This document shows, one piece after another, positions 1-11,990 of a DNA stretch of 64,000 nucleotides. The DNA is from Torpedo marmorata (lineage: Eukaryota), in NCBI GenBank assembly GCA_977017645.1, contig OZ360220.1, positions 137,082,001-137,146,000 on the forward strand, written 5' to 3'. The notes beneath the pieces were generated by a model. It was given only the letters and a program-made list of their open reading frames with translations. It made no database searches and was not told where the DNA came from. A program made the translations under genes and the position numbers. Each line of letters begins with the position of its first letter. The first letter of the stretch is position 1.

Positions 1-960
1 CTTTAATTGAGCTACTTTATAATAATACTGAAAATTGGGAAGTTGTAACCCTCCCATCTCATAATTCCATGTTAATTTATCTATGCTTACTCTTGCCAAC
101 TTTCCTTTCCATAAAAATTTCCTAACAACAAATTTTAAATCCTTAAAAAATTTATTTGGAATACCATAAGGAATCGATTGAAAAAGATATTGAATTCTTG
201 GAAAAACATTCATTTTAATACAATTTACTCTTCCCATCAAAGTTATAGGTAAGTCTTTCCAAAGCTCTAAATCTTTTTTTATTTTCATAAATAAAGGTAT
301 ATAATTTAATTTATATAGATTTTCCAATTTTGTATCCACTTTAACTCCCAAATATTTAATACTTTCTTTAGTCCATTTAAAGTCCGTAACTTCTTTGATA
401 TAGTATTAAGTATTACACTCCCAATGGATCCTATGATATTTTTGTTTGGAGATATTAAAAGAATTAGTATTAAGATGAAATTAAATATGTATCAAATAGA
501 ATTTTTGCGAATTGCTTTAGCTGTTTCTAAGAAATGCATTGCTATTACTTGGAAATCTGATGTAGATTTAGGGTTAGAAAGATGGCATGCAGAACTTCGT
601 TCAGCTATACCACTTGAAAAAATTACTTATAATTTACGTAATAAATATCATTTCTTTTTGAAAATATGGAGCCCACATATAAAAACTGTTGGTTTAAGGA
701 TTTGAAGATCTCTGGATATCAGATCTGACTGGCGAACCTATCTTCCACAATAAAATCAGCTTATAGTTGTTCTTTTATAGATTGACATTCTCCTTACTCT
801 ATCTTTTTCTTTCTTTTCTATTTTAGTAGATTAGTAGGGGTGGGAGGGTTAGGGAGGGAGGGGGTGTGAAAATGTATCAAATGTATTTTGATAATTTTGC
901 ATTTTATATTATGTATTCTGTGATTTAAAAATTTTAAATAAAATATTAAAAAAAAGAAAA
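1..960. mobile_element. L1-clade LINE 3' end (+, ~403-960) joined to an inverted upstream ORF2 segment (-, 1-~400)
   Basis: ORF 424..705 is the L1 ORF2 C-terminus, followed by a G-rich 3' UTR and A-tail; 1-400 reads on - as KYLGVKVD...GGLQLPNF, homologous to ORF 23414..25594. Confidence 0.85.
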
Positions 961-1199
961 TGTCATCACCCCTTTTATGTGAAGAAGTGGCAAGATGATG
1001 TTCCCAATGAAATGGCATCTAGTTTTGGTGAAGGTGAATGCAAAACCACTGACTTAGCTCTGGCTAGCCTTTCCCCTTTGAGGCTGCATCTCCCTCCTCC
1101 TGCCTTGTATTCTACTTTCCCCATCCTTTATCTCTTGACTATAAGTAACATTTGGTAGAAATGCAAGTGGCTTTTTGAAAAAAAGAACTTTGTAAATAG

Positions 1200-1559
1200 T
1201 GGGTTGATTTGAGGGGTGATCCTTGTCTCTGCTTGCAATTAAAATATTGATTAAAAAAAAAGCTTCTGCAATAACTCTACTTTCTGCGCTATCGATAATG
1301 ACAGACACTTCCTTTTCTGCTTCTCACTGTTACCCATAGGGGACTCTGCAGCTCTTTTTGACATTTTCACAGTCTTCAAAGTCCGTGAGCAGCAGAGGCA
1401 CGTCTGATTGGTAGGAGCACTGAGACACGGGGGTGGGTCGTGTCGGGTCATGTTTGGCGCCAAACGTAAGCTTTGGTTTGCAGACGACATCCATGGAAAA
1501 TTTTTTCGGTTTTCAGAGGTTTCGGTTTTCAGAATTTCGGATAAAAGGTTATGTACCTG
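1200..1559 (-). mobile_element. Tigger/pogo-type DNA transposon remnant (internally deleted)
   Basis: MSKRAAESPMGNSEKQKRKCLSLSIAQKVELLQKL resembles the CENP-B/psq HTH N-terminus; terminus ...gtacctg|TA at 1559; left boundary uncertain. Confidence 0.7.
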
Positions 1560-2198
1560 TATTTACTTATGATGTAAAATGGGACCCTCTGGTTCATAGA
1601 CCCAATGCAGCTCTCTGTGCATTCCAATGTTGATCTTTGTATTCACAAGCTCTTGTAATTATTGCATGTGCTTGCTGGATTAATTGAAATTTTTAACTGC
1701 ACATTATTTTACATGACCTACCAAAGTCTATCAATCAGTTATCTTACTCTTCTAATCTTTCAAATAGTTAGTTCAGATGTATTGTTTTTAAAGCATTTTT
1801 TTCTGATCTGGATGGATTGAATAATTTCTGATATATTTGAAAGATAACTGATTGATACAATTTACTTGTGAATATACCTTAATTTCAAAATCTAAGTGCA
1901 ACATGTGTGTTTGAAACTAAAGATAAAAGAGCTGCCACTGCCTCCCCCTTTAAATGATTCTCTCACGCAGAACCTTCCAAAAATGAAAGGGGTGAATAAG
2001 TTCATAGGAAAGTTAAAAGGGAGAACAGAGAGAGCTGAATGGAAACTTATTTACTTCTCAGTCCATTGATTTCCTCATTTTCTGAGATGTTCCTTGGACC
2101 CACCTCTTCAACCAAGGAATTGGTCATGTGTCCCAAGATTTCATTATGCGTCGTATCAAGTTCTTTGACAATGCTCTGGACAATTTAGTGTGTTAAAT

Positions 2199-2455
2199 GG
2201 ATGGCACGGTTAGTGTAGCGGTTAGCACAACACTATTACAGTGCCAGTGACCCGGGTTTCAATCCGGTGCTGTCTGTAAGGAGTTTGCCTATTCTCCCGT
2301 GTCTGCATGGGTTTCCTCTGGGTGCTCCGGTTTCCTCCCACCCTTCAAAAAAGGGGAACTGTAGGTTAATTGGAGTATTTGGGGGGCACAGGCTCATGGT
2401 CCGCAAGGGCCTGTCACCGTGCTGTATGTCTAAATTTAAAATTAAAATTTAAAAA
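2199..2455 (+). mobile_element. HE1-type tRNA-derived V-SINE
   Basis: A-box-like GGCACGGTTAGTGTAGCGGTTAGC head, V-core TGTAAGGAGTTTG...TCTGCATGGGTTTCC, AT-rich tail; homologous to the other copies in the window. Confidence 0.8.
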
Positions 2456-3256
2456 TAATTTTAAAAAATGAAAATAGTTGTTGTTTACATTGTGATTTTA
2501 AGTGGACACCCTAGTTGATTTCTCTGTTATCATTCATACAGGAGGGCCGAGGCCAGGCTCAGAACGAAATTAGTCAAGATTAGAATCTCCAAAATCCACA
2601 AGACCTCTATTACCTGGAAAGCACAAGAGCAGTAGACACTGAGAACAACATTTCCCTCCAAGTATTCAACTCTAGGTAGAGTTGAAAAATGTTCTTACAT
2701 CGATTATGGGTTTTAACACAGGAATACCCTCCCTAACCACAGCAGTTGAAGAAGACTACATTTTCAAGGTATGTGCCATAATTATTGACCCGAGATCAAT
2801 GCCCATCAAATACAAAGCTTATCAAGGAATGAATCTGGGTTTTGTCTCAGGGTGAATATCTTGACAACAGGAGCAGAGATGATGAGATAATTCACCTGTC
2901 AAATGAAGACTAGTGACCACACTGCTCTAAGTGCGATTTCTTTTATGCAGGTAGTTTATAACTATCCCCTAATCAGTCCTTTTTCTGGAGAAATTACCCT
3001 GTGTTTATTGGAAGTGCTGTATAGTTTTAGTCCTCAGTTTTCCACACACTTTAAATAGAGCACTTTTTCCTTGAATAAATTGAGTTTGCTGCACAACAAA
3101 CTGTAAGCTGTGAAACCAGTCACACAGCCAACATGGTTTCCAGCTCACTGGCTGACACATAGATGAAAGAATGAATATGCAGTCATCAAGTTAGTACCCC
3201 CCTGGGGATCACTTGGGTCTCTCCCTCTTGTTTCAGGTACAAAGGAACTTGGCTTA

Positions 3257-3427
<171 letters not shown>

Positions 3428-4784
3428 TTACATAACAAGATTAAATATATGATTAAATGAGCACAATGATTCAACAAGTCAAAGGTTAGGCAATTTAGAA
3501 CAAATGAAAGAACAACTTGTTTGCATTTAAAGCTGTACATTGCCTCCATGTTCACAGACCTACTCTGGTTCCCACAATTAGAACACATTCATCCTTATTT
3601 TTCAAATTGCACAATGGTCATCTGCAGCCTCACAACTCCCCATTTATATAACGTTACCTAGCTCAACAACTTTCCAAATTTACAGTATGCCACCAGTCCT
3701 CAACTTTCTCAGCCCCGCCTCTGACAACGTCTTCCGCTACACAAGCCTGAAGTGACTCACTAGCCCTCCTTAACCTCCATTAAGCTATTGTTTATAATTT
3801 GCATCTTTGATCAAATATTTGCCTTTTGTCCCAACATCTACTTGATGCTGAGTATCAAATCTTATTTGATCATGTCTTTGTTATTTACTTTGGGATTTCT
3901 TAACACATTGAAGGTATCTGTAGAAAGGCAAATGGTTATTTTTGACTTCCTTGCACTGAACTACTATCAAAGTGATGTAGTCACAGTAGATGGCACCAAA
4001 ATGCAAGGAAGCTGAAAATTATCTACGCATGATGAGTTTTGAGGGGCTGGGCCTCTTCTTATTCCTAATCTCACAGAGATCAGAGCTTGTTTTCCATTAT
4101 TAGAAAATTCCAGACTACTCTCAAGATTAAACTGGGAGCCTCACTCTCAATATTCATTTCAAAAATCAAACAGCTAAAAATGATCTGGAAATACACTTGT
4201 TAGTTTTTTTGGTCTGTTCCTGTTCTTTCTCTTGGGGGTAAAGATGATTACCGGTAACTTTATATTTTTCCCCACTTCCTGCCTTTGTGGCTTTATGTAC
4301 TCAGACTTTCAACAAATAGATTTGTGAAAATGGTTAGGGGCGAAAACGTAGAATCATCTCAACACAAATTCATTTCTTGGGGATCAGTTTCTGGAATAAA
4401 TGCTGAAGCTGAAAGCATTCAATTTAAAAGTATAGCAAGTTTCAGTGTTAAATGCTGCATTTAAATCAGCTTTTCCATCCATTAAGGAAGAAGGGCTTGG
4501 ATTTATACAATGATTTTCATGTCTCTTAAAATGTCTCAAGGTACTTTACCATATGTTTATAGTGAGAGTGCAGGAGGTCAGAGGTGCAATCCCATTAGTC
4601 CCATTCACCATCTCCTCAAATCCCTTTACTCTTCAACTGTTTTTCACTCTCAAACATGCCCATTAACTCCCATTTTTTTGCCCACAATCTTTATTAAAGG
4701 TTAATTTACAGTTGGCATTTAACCAACCAGATCATCTTTGGAATGACTGATGAAAACAGAAAAAGGATTTTATTTTTCCTACGG

Positions 4785-4922
4785 CGTGAAAAACGAAAGT
4801 CTGCAGATGCTGTGATTGTTGTAAAAACACAAAAATGCTGGAGGAACTCAGCAGGTCACGCAGTGACCACAGGAGGCAAAGATATATAACCAATGTTTCG
4901 GGCCTGAGTCCTTCTTCAAGGT
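4785..4922 (-). mobile_element. Penelope-like pseudo-LTR fragment with degenerate hammerhead motif
   Basis: ATGCTGGAGGAACTCAGCAGGTC motif shared with copies at 17.6, 18.3 and 50.3 kb; minus strand reads TTGAAGA-stem-GAAA. Confidence 0.7.
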
Positions 4923-5258
4923 CCTTTATTTTCTTTTCTTTCGTGTTTTTAAATATTTGTATGCATTTTAGCTTTCAATATTTTAAAATAATTTGCAATT
5001 TTAGTAGCTTAAATCATTCCTGATATTTTTGTTAAATTGGGGAACATGACTATACCTGACATCAAGGATTTTTCAATGAGTTTGTATTGCAGCCTGTCCT
5101 CGATCCTCACAGAATACAATTTATATTGCAGAACTTTCTCTTACTACACTGAAGATTCTGATAGGTATATTAATTTGAGCAATTTCACATCAGGAGAACT
5201 GCACAAAGCAAGTTTGCTCCAATGGAAAGCAATGCAAATCTAGGTAACTCACCACCTA

Positions 5259-5516
<258 letters not shown>

Positions 5517-5853
5517 TTAACCATCCAATGACATTTTATAAGTTCTTCAACTGACACAAACTAGAAGAGGCAATGGCAATGGACTAAAAAGGCACCATAT
5601 ACTGTCAATTCCCTTTACAATAACATCACCTTTGCTTTAGTTTCATAACGGGTTTTTAAGACTAGATTATGTTAAAGAAAACTTGTGGGAAATACAAGGA
5701 ATTGACAATTTCAGAAGTTTGATTCCACTAGTTAAGTTATAGCATATAATTTTTTTTGAGAAAGTTCATACAAATTAGTTCAAGATGAACAGAGAATTGA
5801 TACAAAAGCAGCATTAACTTCTAATTTAACTGTGGCTAAAGACATGCAAATTT

Positions 5854-6535
5854 AAAAAAAATATATTTTATTTAAAATTTTAAATCACAAAATACATAAA
5901 GTAAAATATAAAATTATCAAAATACTTGTGATACATTTTCACCCCCCCTCCCACCCTCCCCTCCCTAACCCTCCCAACCCTACTAATCTAATAAAATAAA
6001 AATAAAAGAAAAAGATAGAGTAAGGAGAATGTCAATCTAAAAAAAAAAACATCTATAAACTAATTCTATTATGGAGGTTAGGTACGCCAGTAGATCCGAT
6101 ATCCAGAGATTTTCAAATTCTTAAACCAACAACTTTCATATATGGGCTCCAAATTTTTAAAAAGAAATTATACTTATTACGTAAATTGTAAGTAATTTTT
6201 TCAAGTGGTATTCTGCATGCCATCTTTCTAACCCTAAATCTACATCAGATTTCCAAGTAATAGCAATACATTTCTTTGAAACAGCTAAAGCAATTCGCAA
6301 AAATTCTATTTGATACATATTTAATTTCATCTTAATACTAAATTTTCTAATATCTCCAAACAAAAATAACATAGGGTCCATTGGAAATGTAATCTTAAAT
6401 ACTTTATCTAAAAATTTTTTAACTTTCAACCAAAAATCATAAACTTTTGAACAAAACCATGTAGAATGTACAAAAGAACCTTCCTCTTTATTACATCTAA
6501 AACATAAACCTGATAATGTCGGATTAAATTTCTTT
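5854..6535 (-). mobile_element. 5'-truncated L1-clade LINE with 15-bp TSD
   Basis: ORF 6157..6546 has the CFRC...H...C zinc knuckle; TSD AAGACATGCAAATTT at 5839-5853 and 6536-6550. Confidence 0.9.
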
Positions 6536-7866
6536 AAGACATGCAAATTTTGACATCATCGCTTGTTATTTACGTTGAAACCCTCAAAATTAAATCATTA
6601 ACACAATAAAATCCAAGATCAGTATTAATTAGCTTTAGAGGATTTTACAATTTCTATGTTCTGCAGAACCTCTTTCATTTTCCTTCCTGACCTTTGATTT
6701 CAACCTGACCATCGGTTCCAGAGCTTGGATACTGATTATCAAAATGTGATTTGTAAAAAATTATTTTCATGAATTGTAAGAGGAAGTTCCTTTCAAGTCT
6801 TGGATCTATTTCTCCGGTTTCAGCCTAATGAGGCATTGTCTTTTGAGAAATAAATGATAGATTACCAAACTGAGATCACTGGCTAACTTGTGATAAATTT
6901 AAGAACTAGAGCCTTCAATGAAATCCATTGCAAACCCATGGTTTGTTTAAAAAATACCATCCTACAGGCAAAAATGAAATACATTACACGAGACCCATGT
7001 GTAACCTTCCCTTTTCAATGGTAAAGACTTTGGATTTATGCCACATTAACTATGGATACAAGTTTCATGGGAATTCACCATGTGAAACTGTACCCCACTG
7101 GACTATTCCCTGCACAGAATCAGGGAGATATGAAGCATATCCAATATTTGACCTCAGGTCCACTTACATGAAAATAGAATTGTAGACACAGGCTCTGTAT
7201 CCCCAGGCAGTTTGCTTGTAATAAGAATTTAAGATTGATACCAGTGAGAAGGGATGGGGTGGTGATAGGGAATAATGGGGGTGAAAGATGATTAGGAGGG
7301 AACCAACAGGGAGCTGGCAATGTCCTTCACCATGTGAAGCTGCCAAGAGCACTCCTACAGCTACACACAAATAATTGTGTATACAGTTAACACTTTAGTC
7401 AATGATTAGGCCAGATGGTGACCATATCCATGACTGGTGCTGTTGTGTTCAGGGCACTCTGAAGTGATGTTCTAAAAGGCATCCAGACCATCTCTATTTG
7501 TAAATTCTAGCAACATTTCCCCTGCCTTTGGCAAACAAAAGGCAACATCCTACTCTTAGCAGGCAATGCTCACAAGTGAATGTACTGTCACCCAATTAAA
7601 ATATGTCTTTGGATTTCTGGGTGATTTAGTTTCTACATCAAGACTATATCCCAATAAATTCCCTACACATCATGTTCCCAATCTAATTGACCTGCTTTTG
7701 GGAAGTTCATGCTGAGCCCCTGAAGTTCACTGGAAACCCATTCTCAACAGAAGGTAAACATAACTTTGAGATTGTTCTCAATCAAAAAATGGAACATTAA
7801 CTGCTTTCCACATTTGCTACCTGTTTCAAGCATTTTCTGTTTAAAGATCATGAGATTATCTTGCTA

Positions 7867-8588
7867 CAGTACGTTTCCCCTTATCCGAAGTTCCCTTAAC
7901 CGAAATGTTCCGTTAACCGAACATTTTTGCGGTGCCGACATGACGTCACAAGTTGAAAAAGATTTATCACCCGACTTGCCCATGTGGGGCTCTGACGCTT
8001 TGTTGGCGCCAGTTTGGTAACAACAGAGCTCAGAACCAGCCGGGAAGACAGTCGCTGAATGGCTGGATGTCGGCTCAGAGAAGCAGGCTGGAATCTCGAG
8101 TCATCAGTGAGCGACTGGAGGAAGTCGGCGGGTCAGGCAGCGCATGGGGAGAAATTAGGAGAAATTAGAACGCCGATTGTCCTCGTTTCAGGTAACTCCC
8201 TCCCCTCTCTCTTTCCATTTCTTCTTTATCCTCCGCTGTACTTGGTTTACAAACTGCGTGCCGCTGTCTCCCAGCCGCAAGCAGTCGGAAGAATCCTTTG
8301 TCCCGATGTCATCAAGGAAAGCGGCTGCCCGGGCAGGAGCGGGGACCTCGGGCACCCAGGCAGGAGCGGGGATCATAGTTGGGACCAGCGGCGGTGGGGA
8401 GGTGTCAGGGATCGGCGGCGGTGGGGAGGTGTCGGGGATCAGCGGCAGCATTGGGGAGGTGTCGGGGACCAGCGACGGCTGATGCTACTGTGCTGTTGAG
8501 TTTTTTCGGTTTTGTTCCGTTAACCGAAAAAACCCAATAACCGAAAACTGTCCGGTCCCAAGCTTTTCAGATATGGGGAAACGTACTG
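7867..8588. mobile_element. Non-autonomous Tc1/mariner-superfamily (Tigger/pogo-like) MITE
   Basis: ~23-bp TIRs CAGTACGTTTCCCC(T/A)TATC(C/T)GAA with TA duplication on both sides; internal GC-rich ~27-bp repeats at 8380-8480; ends 100 bp from the pore-exon donor. Confidence 0.88.
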
Positions 8589-8688
8589 TACTTATCCTGT
8601 TGACAACTCTTAACTCATACACTGATATGGTCAGTAAGTAAGTTAATACCTAATACATTAATGTTCAAATGGCCAGACTAGCACATAC

Positions 8689-8869
8689 CTGGAGAGGCAA
8701 GACTACCAAAGCAACACATATCATTATGACAACTAGGAGTTGCGAAGGCCAGATTTGTGGTGTCACATCACCAAATCCAACAGTAGAGAAGGTGACAATG
8801 CAAAAGTAGAGAGAATTGAAAAACGAAAGATTGTCTCCTGCTCTCTCCAAATGCTGGATTCCACATGCT
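8689..8869 (-). CDS. KCNT1: KCNT1 exon (~11), pore loop (TVGFGD filter) and S6
   Basis: 181 nt, cag|/|gtatgt; [60 protein letters not shown]. Confidence 0.97.
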
Positions 8870-9273
8870 CTGAAATATCAACGGAAACATTAAAGATTAA
8901 CATCTTGACAATACATCTCAAATGTACGATGAGAATAACAACAAAGCTTAAATGAAGGAAAGCTTACAATCTCTGGAATAGTCATGAACAATTCAAAATG
9001 TAAAACAGGAAGCTGCTGTAAGAGATGTTATCACCCAAAGACCCTGCAATGAGTTCATTATACAGGTATTCTGTAAACTTATTCATGCAGGTGCTCCTCG
9101 ATTGACAATTTTTTTTCTGTAATGCTATTGTTACAAAATCAAACCAGCAACGACAGAAGATGCAATGCAAAAGGGGTAAAATTGAAATTTATATTTATTA
9201 AACACAATTAAACATATAATTTCACAACAATTAACCCCACTATAAACGTCTATAAACACTATTCTTATCTAAA

Positions 9274-9275
<2 letters not shown>

Positions 9276-9311
<36 letters not shown>
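9276..9311. repeat. (GT)n microsatellite
   Basis: Direct reading, ~18 units. Confidence 0.95.
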
Positions 9312-9314
<3 letters not shown>

Positions 9315-11267
9315 GCCCAGACCATTACAGTCTGTGCCCAACCATTATGTAAAAATGGAAAAACTTTCCCCAAAAAACCCCAGGTCAGTCATAAAAAACA
9401 AGTCAGTCAAAAAAAAAGAATAATACAGTCTACAAAATTCACTCTCTAAGTTCAGGTTTCAAATTCAGCTCTGTGTCTGGTAGAAGTACTTCTGAATGAA
9501 CGTTGGAGAGAGACAATGACTGTTTATGCTTACAAATACTTGTTTTCTTCTCTGATGACGTCCCCTTCTTGTGTGTTCATAAGGATTGCGAGTTCAGATC
9601 AGTATACCACTGATTTAGGCGTGTGCTTGAATCTCATAGCTAGTCTCGCTGATCTCACGCCTGTTCTCCACAGAAGTTGCTTTTCCTCAGAATTTCTCTG
9701 AGACAGGAGGCCATGTGCTATCCTGCCAGTCTTTTCTCTGACTGCACAAGCCTGGATTTGGCTGTGTTCTCTAGCCTTTGCAATTCACAACTGTCTGCTT
9801 CTTGCAGAGATCTGCACCTGCTTTTGCAAAAGTGCAACAAATGTATCTTGTCCACAGTCTGTCTCTCTCTCTCTGGTCTCTCTCTGTCTGGGTACACCAA
9901 AAGTGCAACAATGTATCTTGTCTGGGTACACCAAGTCCTGGGGAAGTTAACTCTTTCAGTACCTGGCCCCAGTGTATACTCCAAAAGACTTCATCCTTCC
10001 TGCTGACCGTCCGCAGTCCAAATGGTCAGTCATGGTCCATAACACTATTAACAAAATAGTTTTGACATCCTTGATTTATGAATCCATGTTTGTTGCAATA
10101 CATTGTGTCACTCTCTAACCACAGAATTACACCATATCAAAGTACCCATGCTTTATTTCACTCAGCCTTCTTGATTTATTGAGGAGTGTTCAATTTCTGC
10201 TTTCAAAAATGTAAGCCTTTTATAAATTGGAGATACCTGTACTTGCCGACTAGTTACACACACAAAACATCCGTCTATACTTTCAGGAGCTTAGACCATT
10301 AATAGTGTGATAAGTTACAGCCTCCCTAATCTTGAAAAATTATTTTTATAACCATGGTATTCAATCTCTTTTTTAAAAAAAAAAATAGCACTGGAGACAC
10401 TGATTTTAAAACTTTTTTTTACCCATTTCCTTTTATCTGTCTCCATTTATCCAGGTTGTATTTCCCGATCAATATGTGACTATCTGTATATCATTTCAAC
10501 ACAATGTATGCTTATGGTTTGATACTTTCTCACTTGGACTCTGCGTGTCTCAACGAGGATTCCATGATTGTGCTTGCTGTTCGGATACAATAGATTCCCT
10601 GCACCAGAGTTCATTGGAAAAGATATCTGTTTAAAGGAAATTTCTGCTGACAAACTTGTAAAAGCTCTGTGGTAGCTGTCAGAATGTAAATGCCAAATGC
10701 CATTTCTTTACTGTTGAGAACCAAATTATGGGTACCTCCAAGTGCAATGACTTTTGTCAATGTAATTTCTCCTTGGCTGATCTTGCCAGCAAGCTTTCTG
10801 AGGAGCTTTCTTCGTTTTGCTATGGGCACATATATATGGCAAGCAAACCATGAACTGCTGGAGGAACTCAGCAGATCAGGCAGCATCCATGGGTAGATTT
10901 CATGAGTCAACATTTCCGATCAGACCAAAGTAAATAGCAGGTGGTATTATGTATTTGAAGGGAGAAACAAGCTAGGAAGGAGCCATCTCGTTGTTTGATC
11001 AAGATTTCCACATCTGCAGTTTTTGTGTTTTTCACATATAAATGTCAGTTTGAAGTCAGTTAAGCCTGTGTATGTAGAATACAATCGAGGAATAATTGTA
11101 CACAAAAATTTAACAGATTCCATCCCTGTTATCTCTTTGATCTTTGTGTTTCAACAGATCACTGGTAAGCATCATACTCCCACTAAAGATGATGCTCTGG
11201 CACGATTGGTAGGCACCTTTACCCGCGCATCATCTTTGGTGGGAAAACTGCATAGAAGGAATTATTG

Positions 11268-11722
11268 TGTTAGGAAAAAGTTAATGTTCTGCTTCTTAGA
11301 ATGTGCTGTTAATGCTCTTTGAAATATGCTGTTGCAAAATATCACGTAGCTAGGCAGCTGCATGCCTGTGCAGACATGGGAAACCAAAAACCAGACAGGG
11401 GGAGTGCTTTGCGATTAAATGCTAAGAATTGAAATAGGGTAGTGGCAAAAGCTTGCGATAGGGGCGGACGTGAACCAAATGGAACAGATGGTACTAATGA
11501 TGAGGGATGAAATGCCTAAGATCTAGATTAGGAAGTGTGTGGAACAGAATGTGAACTCATGTAACCTGTGAGTAAAACAAATGTATAAAAGGCTGCTACA
11601 ATGATGGAACGGGGCTCTCAATTCCTGCAGGAGCAGGGTGAGCCCGACTCTGCAGACTCGTGACAAATAAAAGTCAACCGCTGCTGCATTTGCTGAGACT
11701 CCGTGTGAGTTCTTTTCTGACA
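11268..11722 (+). repeat. ERV 5' LTR (455 bp)
   Basis: TATAAAA at 11584, AATAAA at 11666; matches the 3' LTR except for one base seen near the end. Confidence 0.95.
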
Positions 11723-11725
11723 ACT

Positions 11726-11744
11726 TGGGGGACTCGTCCGGGAT
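11726..11744 (+). promoter_or_regulatory. ERV primer-binding site, tRNA-Pro
   Basis: TGGGGGACTCGTCCGGGAT equals the canonical Pro PBS TGGGGGCTCGTCCGGGAT plus one inserted A; major splice donor G|GTAAGT follows at 11922. Confidence 0.85.
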
Positions 11745-11990
11745 CCACACTCCGGTCGTGAGGGTCGAGAGAAGGGACATCGGAGAAGGTGCACCCCGCC
11801 GAGTTCGGCGGTCCCCGACTCCTTGCTCGTCGTACCCACGCGGCTTGAGCGAGTGATATCCGGACAGCGCAGAGCGGAAGACTGGGAAGAAGTAGAAGGA
11901 CGGTCCAGGGCGGCACACCGGGTAAGTGAGTACGACGGTACTAGGATAAGGTGTGACCGGGCGAAAGGGGACCAGGCCGGGAAGGGAACG

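Noticed and set aside
9180-10120. Possible solo LTR with a short internal duplication (~9828-9933)
   Set aside because: No definable TG...CA termini or TSD; left unannotated
11823-11990. 56-aa in-frame extension upstream of gag (glyco-Gag-like)
   Set aside because: TTG start and a highly charged sequence with no signal-anchor segment; it spans the splice donor/leader and is probably open by chance
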